Part shown: positions 35,701 to 45,200 of the stretch, piece after piece
Layout of the letters: each line of letters starts with the position of its first letter
Position numbering within the stretch: the stretch's first letter is position 1
Assembly: GCA_001643675.2 (NCBI GenBank)
Contig: LSRY02000018.1
Coordinates: forward strand, 930,001-994,000
Length of the DNA stretch: 64,000 nt
Direction of reading: 5' to 3'
Source of the DNA: Monocercomonoides exilis PA203
Lineage: Eukaryota > Protista > Preaxostyla
The notes under the pieces: generated by a model
The model's input: the letters and a program-made list of their open reading frames with translations, nothing else
Told to the model about the DNA's origin: nothing
Databases searched by the model: none
Program-made: the position numbers and the translations under genes

Positions 35701-38700
35701 AGCACTCAGAAATCGTGCAAAATGAGCAATCAAGACTTCCTCCTTCATTCAACGCATAAAACATCCCTCCTCCCTTTTCGCATTTCAACCCTCCGCATCT
35801 CTTCATCGTTGTGTTTCTTATCAGTATTTTCAAAGACATATCATTGTCATTTCTAATGATGGGAATATCGTTAGTTGTGTTTTGTGTGACTTCTTCGAAA
35901 ATACTCCATTCAATAACAACATCTTGTTCAACTTCATTTTTCTCTCTCCCTGAACTCTTTGATATCCTCAATCCGCTTGCTCCTTCCAGCACAACATTCT
36001 TCATTGTCAAGTTCTTGATGTTCAAAATTGTTGTTGACAAAACAGAAATAATATCCTTTGAAAAGCAAAGTGATTGAATTGCCACAAATTCCAACACAAC
36101 TGTGCCTTCACCTGCATCGATCAACCCAAAGTTAATCATTTCTTCTTCTCTGCTTTCCTCATTTTCGCTGAATGAACAATCTTTCAGAGTCAATAGTCCT
36201 TCACTTGATCCAATATGCAACAAAACATTGACTCCACTTGCGAATGACGATGGAACAACAAAGTTTATCAGTTCGAAATTGGTAATACGCTGAATCTTCA
36301 TTGCTGCTCCTTCGGCTCCTTCAAGTGATGAGTGACATTCCAAAGAGCACATGTCTTTATTATTTGAGCTTATTGAAATTCCACTGAGATCAACACTTTT
36401 TTGGAGAACTCCTTTTCCAATGATGTTAATATTCTTTTCATTTCCCTCAGTCAATCGATCCAATGAATAATCAATTGACAGGCAAGGACAATCCGAAAAC
36501 CCACAGGCACCCATGTCTTTTCCATCATCTCTGATAAATATCTCTGAGCCAATTGCTCTCCAGAAATACACCAGTGGAATAGCATTCTCTGTATCATTCC
36601 CATCAAACCCTCTCATGGAATTGAATGAAATATCATCCAGATTCTCAGTCACAAATGGAAGTGAGTCATTTGTGATGCTCTTTGTCAAGTTCAATGCTTC
36701 AACGAAAAGATCATTTCCGTATCTCGCAATATTTGATTTTTCAGAATCGAAAACAGGTGATGAAATCACAAATGAAGAATAATCATCAATCAACTTCAGT
36801 GCCATTCCTCCTCCAAAGCCAGTCTTTTCTTCTTCTGCTGGTGCTGTGCATCCTGTGAATGTGCATGAAATAACATTCAATTGAGTATTTCCTTTCAATT
36901 GAGCATTAATGGCCCCTCCTCTGCTTTCATCAGCCAATACAGAGCATCCATCAAATTCACATTCTTCAATATTTATTTCACCATTTGAATTTTTGTCATT
37001 GTTGTTGTCAATGCTCACACACCCTCCACTTCCAGCTGCCCTTTCTATTTCTGTGAAATTGCAGTTCGTCATGTTCAACCACTGAGTGCTTATTAACTCG
37101 GCTTTTGTGATGCTTCCTGATAATGAGATCAATGGATTTCCGCTCAAAGTGATTGACGAAGCTGAGAACGAATCAATTGTCAGGATTCCTGATTCAACAG
37201 ACAAGGAGAGAAATGTCAATTCTAATGATGGATTTTGAAGGGAAAGAGAACAATGAGACAAAGTCAGTTGTGAAAAAGAAGAAATAAAAGTGGAGTGTGA
37301 TGAAAGAGAAGGAGGAATAGAGAAGATGAGCTTTGATAATTCTGTTTCAACATTAGTTGTTACCATCACTGAGTTTGATGTTGAACTTGCATCAGAGACT
37401 GTCCAGCCACTTTGATCATCATTTCCATGAATTTCATGCTTCTGTTCACCAAGTGCCAATTCATCGCTCATCGAAATCATTCCACTCACAACAACTTTCT
37501 TTGTTCCTGTCAACCGTGTGAGGGAGTGTTTCATTGTCAAACAAGGGAATTGGATAATTCCACAATGAGAATGATCAGATGCCTCAATGTTATTCACATA
37601 AATTTCTGAAGGGCTGGGAAGGAGATAAATGCACAGAGGAATGGCCAAACTGTTGTTTCCATTGTCATATCCTCTCACCTTGTCAGCAGTATCTGACGAT
37701 GCCGTAACACACGAGATCTTTTTTGATTTTGCAGTCATTTCCAGATTTGGTGATAAGACGAAGATATCTCTTCCCCACTTGGCTGTGTTTGTTCCAAATG
37801 AGGAAGAAATCAGGAAGTCAGGATTGTCGTTCATCAATCGAAGAAGGATTCCTCCCCCCAGGCCATTCAATGCCGAGCAAAAGCACTCATCAAAGGTCCC
37901 GCTTTCAACATTCACTTCATTCACTTCTCCTGCACACAGCATCATCGATCCTCCATTTTCTGAACTTGTGCTTCCACATCCTTCAAAAGTGCAAGAATCC
38001 AGATGAATGTTTGCCTTGTCGTTGGAAAACGACATCACTGCTGATCCGCTTGTTGTTCTTTCAATTCCATCAAAAGTGCATTCTGAAAGCATCAATGAAA
38101 CTTCATTTGTTGAAGAAAGCGAAAACAATGAAACAGTTGAGGCCATCCCTTTCCACTTCACATGGTCCATCTGAAACATCCCACTCTGAACATTTATCAG
38201 TTCTGTCGAAAATGCTGTTTCTGAAGATTGTCCACTTCCAGTAGATATGTTCAGTCCACTTATATGCATCTCTCCTGCTCCTGTGATCTCAAACAGCCTT
38301 GACCCACGGTTATTCAGATGAACCGAGTCATACACAAGGACAAAATCTCTAACAGTCAATGTTCCCGCTGATACAGAAAAAAGAGACAACTCAGATGCTT
38401 CAAATTCTGTTTGCATCATCGTGCTCGAATCACTTTGCCCGCATATTGTGAATGCATTGACACCACAATCCACACTTCGTGTTTCGACAATTGTTCCTGC
38501 CAGCATTTCGATGTCTTTCACAACACCTGGAATCATCTGTGTCAGACAATGGCTGACTGTGCAGCATGGATGGCTTTCGTTGATTCCACATGCAAATGCA
38601 TCTCTTGCATTCTCCTGATTCTGCTTCGATCTCACATATCTGATCCTTCCTCCTTCATTCCGAAGCCATTCGCTTTTATCAACAATTGAGTCGAATCTGA

Positions 38701-40216
38701 TGCTAACTCTATTATTTGTTTGCCTTGTTGAACAGCAACTGGAATCAATGTTATTTATTGAAGAGTTATGAAGAACAATATCATGTCCTCCTTTCAGACA
38801 TATATTGTTGTGAAAAAAGCAGTAATAAAATAATATTCCATTATTACTTTCATTGATTTGTTGGCAAACTGCGCCTCCTCCGCACATGGAATAGCAATTA
38901 CAAAACATGCAGTTTGAGATAATCACTTGATCAATGCAACTCCAATGCCGAATTGCTCCTCCATTTCCATTAGCTGTTCCGTTGCACCTGCAGTTATCAA
39001 AAAAAGAATTGATAATGCATTCTTTCTGTCTTTCAGTTTTTGCACTATACAGACATAAAGCCCCTCCATCATTGCCAGATGAACAATTTTGAAAGGAGCA
39101 ATTATCAACCATCGGTTGCGTTTCTATTGTTTCAAATTGAATTCCCCCACCCCCGAAATTTGTTGCTGCTGCTGCTGTGCATTGAACAAATGATGTGTGT
39201 CGCACAATGCATTCTGCAATCTTCAATGCATATATTCCCCCGCCTCTTGTGGATGAAGCATTGCATCTTAAAAAAAAAGAGTTCTCAACAGTCAGAATGG
39301 TGTTATCATTGTCATGAACATAAAGTGCGCCTCCTTGTGGTGCTGTACAATCTTCCCATTCACACAATGAAAAGAATTGACTTTCCGTTGTTTCCGTTCG
39401 ATCTCTTTTAGAAAATATATTCATTTCTCTATTCCCGAAATTCATAGTTGTGTTTTTGCAAACAAATTCCACTGAAGAATACGATCCACTCGAAATACCT
39501 CCTTCCAAGGCATTCACACATGAATAAACAAGGCAGTTTTCCATTGAACTTTGAAAGCATGAATGCTCTGTTCGAAAAAGATCATTATTGTTGCATTTAA
39601 TGGACATGTTCCTGAAGGCACAGTTATTGATCTGCTCACTCTGGCTCTTTCCAGATAATAAGAAATAGTCTGAAGAAGAAATGGCCAGATCTGCAATGAT
39701 CGAATTTCTCAAAGTGACTGAATTTTTCGCATCAGATGAAAATATGAGGCTGGATGAATAAATATTCTTTTGGGGGATCATACTCATGTTTGTGAGGAGG
39801 ATTGACCCACTTTGCAAATAAAACGGAGATGTCGATTTTTGGTGGGAAATGCAGGAATCTATTTTGAAATATGAATTATTTTTTATTTGCACAAATAGGG
39901 AGAGTGAATGTTCAAGTGCCACATTTTTCAGTTCAATTGTTGAATTGGATAATCCCAAAAATGCATAAATCGTTGTAGACATTCCTGACTCCCATTTTTC
40001 AGCTTCATAAAAGGTATGACATTCATTCAAAAAGCATTTGTAATTCCTTGTTGCAAATTGTGCATCGCTAAATTTTTTTTGGCCTGAATTAATATAATTA
40101 TAATGAAAATTATTATTAGAATGAACACCTTTGCCTTTTAATGTTGCGAGTTCATTGATATCTTGTGCATTAAATGCCACTGATAAATACATGCACGCAA
40201 AGACAAGCAAATGCAT
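32777..40216 (-). CDS. 2479-aa type-I membrane receptor-like protein: signal peptide, Cys-rich beta-helix ectodomain, single TM, C-terminal truncated pseudokinase
   Basis: Intronless ORF with a hydrophobic N-terminus, many GG(G/A)(I/M/L)..C.F..C turns and four (I/Y/F)V...CG....PC modules. TM WSAIVIVIIAVLFLIFIFVFVMVVVLLRKK at ~33685-33772. Kinase C-lobe motifs RWKAPE, IFTLGLILHEMTTGEVPL and MWADEPGGRPSL. Confidence 0.88.
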   Translation of the reverse strand: MHLLVFACMYLSVAFNAQDINELATLKGKGVHSNNNFHYNYINSGQKKFSDAQFATRNYKCFLNECHTFYEAEKWESGMSTTIYAFLGLSNSTIELKNVALEHSLSLFVQIKNNSYFKIDSCISHQKSTSPFYLQSGSILLTNMSMIPQKNIYSSSLIFSSDAKNSVTLRNSIIADLAISSSDYFLLSGKSQSEQINNCAFRNMSIKCNNNDLFRTEHSCFQSSMENCLVYSCVNALEGGISSGSYSSVEFVCKNTTMNFGNREMNIFSKRDRTETTESQFFSLCEWEDCTAPQGGALYVHDNDNTILTVENSFFLRCNASSTRGGGIYALKIAECIVRHTSFVQCTAAAATNFGGGGIQFETIETQPMVDNCSFQNCSSGNDGGALCLYSAKTERQKECIINSFFDNCRCNGTANGNGGAIRHWSCIDQVIISNCMFCNCYSMCGGGAVCQQINESNNGILFYYCFFHNNICLKGGHDIVLHNSSINNIDSSCCSTRQTNNRVSIRFDSIVDKSEWLRNEGGRIRYVRSKQNQENARDAFACGINESHPCCTVSHCLTQMIPGVVKDIEMLAGTIVETRSVDCGVNAFTICGQSDSSTMMQTEFEASELSLFSVSAGTLTVRDFVLVYDSVHLNNRGSRLFEITGAGEMHISGLNISTGSGQSSETAFSTELINVQSGMFQMDHVKWKGMASTVSLFSLSSTNEVSLMLSECTFDGIERTTSGSAVMSFSNDKANIHLDSCTFEGCGSTSSENGGSMMLCAGEVNEVNVESGTFDECFCSALNGLGGGILLRLMNDNPDFLISSSFGTNTAKWGRDIFVLSPNLEMTAKSKKISCVTASSDTADKVRGYDNGNNSLAIPLCIYLLPSPSEIYVNNIEASDHSHCGIIQFPCLTMKHSLTRLTGTKKVVVSGMISMSDELALGEQKHEIHGNDDQSGWTVSDASSTSNSVMVTTNVETELSKLIFSIPPSLSSHSTFISSFSQLTLSHCSLSLQNPSLELTFLSLSVESGILTIDSFSASSITLSGNPLISLSGSITKAELISTQWLNMTNCNFTEIERAAGSGGCVSIDNNNDKNSNGEINIEECEFDGCSVLADESRGGAINAQLKGNTQLNVISCTFTGCTAPAEEEKTGFGGGMALKLIDDYSSFVISSPVFDSEKSNIARYGNDLFVEALNLTKSITNDSLPFVTENLDDISFNSMRGFDGNDTENAIPLVYFWRAIGSEIFIRDDGKDMGACGFSDCPCLSIDYSLDRLTEGNEKNINIIGKGVLQKSVDLSGISISSNNKDMCSLECHSSLEGAEGAAMKIQRITNFELINFVVPSSFASGVNVLLHIGSSEGLLTLKDCSFSENEESREEEMINFGLIDAGEGTVVLEFVAIQSLCFSKDIISVLSTTILNIKNLTMKNVVLEGASGLRISKSSGREKNEVEQDVVIEWSIFEEVTQNTTNDIPIIRNDNDMSLKILIRNTTMKRCGGLKCEKGGGMFYALNEGGSLDCSFCTISECFCSSTGRGGWLFLECTSTVEQPLNFVLSNITFKDNSAFRGRDVYVKCNSIEAQIVEEQFMLDFGLPFVKELAIWGCTTDSFVGEEDLLLRVMKYQSETIFVSAVSENHSGFKSCGEFSMPCESLNVGVNHIIPSRYSQLLVSEETVINEECSVQNVIVRSLESPLFALVYMNSTISCDEGNVITTTGIVRVERLKFNFGQPFSYSSSSIIHETNGQLSLSFVDFSSVGQSENIESVVLNSTLLNIENGILHVDNCTISFLSFKKPSFLLNGDEMNITNMKLEQIESTTNVFEIGSCRNIVFNGVYADGIKLSGGCVISINGSTSGSVSIGSSSFNNCSRYSEGASVLWASSISAHLEFSNCSCSDCISLSKKGSVAEVCDMKDVSMHICEIEGVLMKESESESSNAFEGICKWNGSLVHSANSSLVMKDVIISNAPQGGLSLSSGNVKIEKGEFLNNNPFNGKYPSLRRNIICSDSASLTISSLKGGDGVKDNSSLWILNDGCALGGIASERASPFFFPVLESVKGKEATGEMELIIYGKLLLPCDLWVKISMKNGDIEHSHTNIIEDDGFISENEVHSTISSELLKVMENKTEVSIFILFGKNKSSSSNGIVVINKSVSESKGGGTVDEGDGNINKGGRNNEWSAIVIVIIAVLFLIFIFVFVMVVVLLRKKMSEMIEKIEEIGLKEGAMKNKPERRKEKSRESFEMDGMPSTLLEGMTSQIPLLIDNDEEDETESPSTTNDETLNENEMSVYEFPSPRFEDVCVSGMPHSHSLNVISAKKPFREKEKRNIKTLYSTIHSIQGNFTLGTRAMDVVDGKVVVLAVAELFEHLISIGDERVEMIGKQLCPYSIFVEEGNNEIFVLAEELEDEKQKEEMKRWKAPEAGNEDEEIEKAVIFTLGLILHEMTTGEVPLSECNAEEAQEMMRDGVRPLTEGIEGEELVEVMEKMWADEPGGRPSLDEVIRFLNELDESL

Positions 40217-42080
40217 GCCTGTTTGGTCTGAAAATCGATTTTGATATCAAAAATGAAAATATTATATAAATGATCTAAGAACTGAAAATTAATGTGAATT
40301 TGTTCATCATCCAAATTAGAAAAAAATATTTTCAAATTCAATCCGAAAGCATCTGAAAAATAGCTAACGAACTTTTGAAAAAATTCTGTTTCTTCAACTG
40401 TCGTTCATAGTGAATCATTATTTACTCAATTTATTCAATTCGAATTGTGAATTTTATTTTTGTTTATTTGAAGAAAAATTGACCTGGAAAAATGCAAAAT
40501 AGATTGCTGTTAAATACGAGATAAACACTGCTATTTCTCAGTCACTGAGAATTTATTCTGCAAAATAATTGAATTTCGTTTCAGAGAACCAGAAAATATT
40601 ACTGTAAGGAAACATTTGACTTGGGGAAACTGTGATTTTTAAAATTGGAATTTATGAGATCATTTTTGAATGGATATTATAATTGAGATTTGAATATTTG
40701 TTGGAAAGTGCATTATTTTTAATGATTGACCATTGAAATGCTAATTGAATAATTGGAAAATAAAAAAAAGTGTGATAGTGTGACAGAGCATTTCAAAAAG
40801 TTCGTTCTTTGTATGTCTTAATTATAATATTATCTTTTTTGATGTGGAATGGGACTGATGATTTTGGAAGCAAACAAGAAGGTTAAGGAAATGATTTTCA
40901 ATGAAAAAAAGAAAAAAGAATTTGCAGTGGAAGTGAAATCAAGGATGTCAATTTTGATGTTTGACAATATTTGTTTTGAAAACACGTGATTTGAGGCAGG
41001 ATAAACAACGGTTGGAGATTATACATGCAATGAAGAATCTTTTGTTGAATTTTTTGTTCCGAAGAAGAAGATATCTGGATTTTTGAATCTTCGGCTTTTG
41101 TTTGAATTGATGATATTTGCATTTTCAATTGGTTGGAAAACAGAAGTTGAGGAATATATGCAATGTCTGAACGCCTTATTTTGTGGAGCGAATGGTTGGA
41201 GAGGATTAATGGTGCGAATGGTGACTGTGCAAGATGAAGGGATTGGATCGTTATGAAGGAGGGGGAGAAAAACGATGAGGAAAGAATGAGAAATGAGAAT
41301 AAATGAATGAAAAGACAAAGCACTGTCAATATGGATGAAATGTGGAATTGGGCTATTGTGAGGAATTGTTTTTGAAGAAAGATGATTTTTGTGAAGGATG
41401 AAAGGAAAAGTGAAACTGAAGATAAGGAATGAAAGGAGGAAAAGTGAATTTTGATGTATTTCCTGTTTTTAAAAGTTAGTGAAAGTGAGAGGATTGAGCT
41501 GCATGTATGATTGATTAAGGGAGTGTTTTTTGCCAAAAGAAAACACAAAAACCGAAGATGAAAATATGAAAAGACAAATTACTATGAACTTTTCTGATTT
41601 TTTTTGTTGTCGTTCAACTCAACAATTCTCAAATGAAAATCAACTCATTCATTTCATGTCAATTCCTTTTTCATTTTATCATCGTCTTCCACTTTCTCTC
41701 TCTCTTTTTTTCTTCGCCTTCTTTCATGGATGTCAATAATATTGTTATTTCCATTTCATTCAATAACCCTCGAAATCATCAGTGGACCTATCGTCGATAT
41801 TCTGTTCAGAAGCGCAAAAGGAATGGTTATCCTCAGATGGACTATCAACTGAAGTCATATGATAATGAAAACAATATTACGTTGATCCAAGAAAATCCTA
41901 TCAGCAGAATGCAATCAAAAAAGCGGGACAGTTTTTTTTTTCTCTCACTTCGTTTAAAATTCCACATTTAACGCTTATGTAAAATAACGTTGGTCCAATA
42001 CATTTTTTTAAAATAAATTTCAACACTATACAATATTAAAAATTTCAAATAACAATAAACAGCCAAAACAATAAAACAAA

Positions 42081-42150
42081 AATAAAAAATAAAGTGAAAA
42101 AATAAAAAATTAAGTGAAAAAATAAAAAATTAAATGAAAAAATAAAAAAT
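42081..42150 (+). repeat. Short tandem repeat, ~3.5 x 20 bp (AATAAAAAATWAAGTGAAAA)
   Basis: Read directly; it lies downstream of the IP3R-like gene. Confidence 0.6.
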
Positions 42151-42230
42151 GAAAATGTTTAATAAAAATGCAAAAAGCAATATTTTCGAAATTAATAAAT
42201 ATAAAATCATTATTCAATCAACTTAAAAGC

Positions 42231-45200
42231 TCAAATTTTAACAGAATCATTTTGCATTTCTTCTCCAAGATCGTTAAATAAAAATAAAATATTATTTGAA
42301 AGCAAATTAAACTCTTTTGATAGAGAATTTATAGAATTTGAAATTGATGCTACCTTCATTTCATGTTCGCTATGCATTGAAATACCAAATTCATTTTGTT
42401 CTTTCAGGTTATTTTTATTCACCTCTCTATTCATAAATGAAGAGTTTTCAAGTAATTCAAATTGAGCTAAATCTGTATCATCAGCTTTGATAAAGCTACT
42501 TGAAGGAGTAGATACTAACGATTCTTGTATTCCACCAGATGAAATTAAAATCTGTGAGCCTGTTTCAAGCGGATCATCCTTGAGAGAGAGAGCCTGCCCA
42601 ACAGGATAAACAGTTGTTGGATCGAGCTCTGAATGAGTGAATGATAATCTTAAAAATCTTTCATTTCCTGTCATTTCCTCCTCCTCCATTTTTAAGATTG
42701 AGCAAATACAGTGAAAGTAAGAAAGAGGATTGTGCTCATGTGATATGTGGTTTTCAAATAATTTATTTGCATCATTTCCTTCATTTAGATTAAATAAATC
42801 GTTTTCGTCTTCATCTTCTCCATCATTTTCATTGTTCCTCTCATTTTCATTCCCTTCGCTTCCTTCAGCCAACATTTTTGTTAAACCATCCTTTGCCGCC
42901 TGATTTGCATCATTAAAGATCTTTTGCTGAAACTCCTCCGAATTCTTTCCGCAAATCAAGCACTCTGTCTGCATTGCATTGTTTATTTCTTCCTTTTGTT
43001 CTCTCATTTCGGTAAATCCATCAATGATCACACCCTGCAGAACATTCATAAGCATTCCTCCAAACATAACAAAAACAAGTGTCTCAAACACAACCATCCA
43101 AGGATCTTCATTACCCATTATATCATGTAAAATATCCCCTGGTGACAAATTCTGCCATATAACTCCAACAAAACACATAAACAACGAATTGCAAAACTCC
43201 ACATCTTCTCCAGAAGGTCCTTCTCCTTCTCTAACAAATGCTTTTGGGAAATAAACAAAAATTATCACAGCAAACCAGTACATCAGGATCAGAGAAATGC
43301 ATAACGTCACAGAAAACATTTTTCCTCCTTTGAAAAACGTCTCAATAATTGTAGTGAGAGCAGAAGAGTTCGCAAATACATCAATCATAAGAACACAGAA
43401 AAAGTACGCTCTCCATGCTGCTCCAAGGATTACGAAGAGGAGGAGAATAAGATGATAAACATGCTTTAATGAAAACAAACAAATCAACTTCACTTTTATA
43501 AGTTGGCTTCGTTTCATCATACTTGGTGTCCATCCGACTGTATTTGCTTGCATCTTTGTACAATATTCTGTCCATTTCTCGTAATAGGAAATTGTGTTCT
43601 TTGAACCTAGAAATGATACATATCGTAAGCATATAACAACAACCAATACAACGGATAGAACTCTCATCAGCAACGAATCCTCGCTTGCATCAACTCCGAT
43701 AAATGGATCAACAACAATAAAGATATTTACAGCAAGAATGAGAAGCATCGAAACAATGCTGAAAAAAGAATAATGCTTCGGATTCATTAAAAATGACATA
43801 AAAGAGGATCTATTTTTTGTTGTCAAATCAGTCAAGACAACAGCCTCAAACATTGAAACTGCTTTTGAATGAAATGCATCCAATCTCTCACCTGCCTCAT
43901 TGCTCCATGATTCCTTCACCATTTCTGCCTGAGACTGTATCGGAGCGAGAGAAGTTACAGGATGACGAGCAAAATAGAAAGAAGATAAATGATGAGATGG
44001 GCGATCAACTCTAACAATTTCCACATTGTCAATTTGTGATTTGAACATAGGATAGAAATCTGGTGATAGACAAAGCTCCACCATAGAATATCGAGATGAA
44101 ACAGGCAATCTCTGAATACCATGCCAAAGAGTGGAAGCAGCAACAAATACACGCATCGCTTCGGAAGTTACAGCGGTGCTTATATCTCCAAGTTCTGGTA
44201 TTATTACTGATGAAGCTGAAGTTAAAACATTCTGAGACAACTTACCATTTATTGAATTGTTATTCATTGAATTCCATTTCTTAAGAAATTGATACACATA
44301 ATTTTGTCTCAAAGAATTATATCTTGGGATATGGATCCTTTTTGTAACATCAGCATATGAGTGTAATGCCATTAGCTTTCTTTGTATCGCCATCACAATT
44401 GGAGATTTAGCAATTGAGTCAATTGCTGCGAATTGCTCTTCACCTTCCATTATACACAAAAGCAGTTGAGTCGCTTTGCTCAAAACTTCCCGCTCTTCCT
44501 TTCCAGACACATGCTCAAAAGACGAAACAAAAATTTCCAGTACGCTTCTGTTCAACTTTCCTTCTTGTAACATTGAACTTACAAAGGTATCATTTTCTTC
44601 GCAGGCAACTAAAAAGCGTTGGTAAATATCAATGGCGGATAAGCATCCCGGTGGAACAGATTCATTCCCATGGATCGATGGACCATTCTTCATAAGAATG
44701 CTTTTTCGTCTATTTGCAATCGATAGCTTGTTTATCCCAGCATCTGTCAACTTGTTTATCGTTGATGCTGTCAAATTAAAAGCAACATCAGCTATACTTA
44801 ATGCTCGTCTTGTAACTGAGTTAATAGTGCTGTTTATTGTTCCTGATTTTCCATTTATCTTTTCGGATTCTGTAACAATCTTTTCCAAAATGGCAAGCAA
44901 AATACGCTCAAATGCAAAAGGCAAACGAAAGACTGCATTCAGCATTTGCAGCCCGCCTTCTTGAATAAAAGTTCTTTGATTTGCGATGTTTGGCCCCTTA
45001 ACTAAATCCACAAGAACAGCCAGAGCAGATATAAGTAAATTCGTGTGCAATGAACGACTCCACGAAAAAGAAGGTCTATGGGGAAGAAGAAAAGAAATAA
45101 ATGCAATAAGGATTATCACAAGATCAGTTTGGTCGATGCAAGGTTGCTTCAGAATTGAGGGTGAAGACATTGAAATAGATGATTCAAACATAGACTGAAC

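Noticed and set aside
40898-41971. ORFs 40898-41548, 41019-41318 and 41633-41971
   Set aside because: No recognisable motifs or consistent splice model; possibly decayed fragments, but unsupported.
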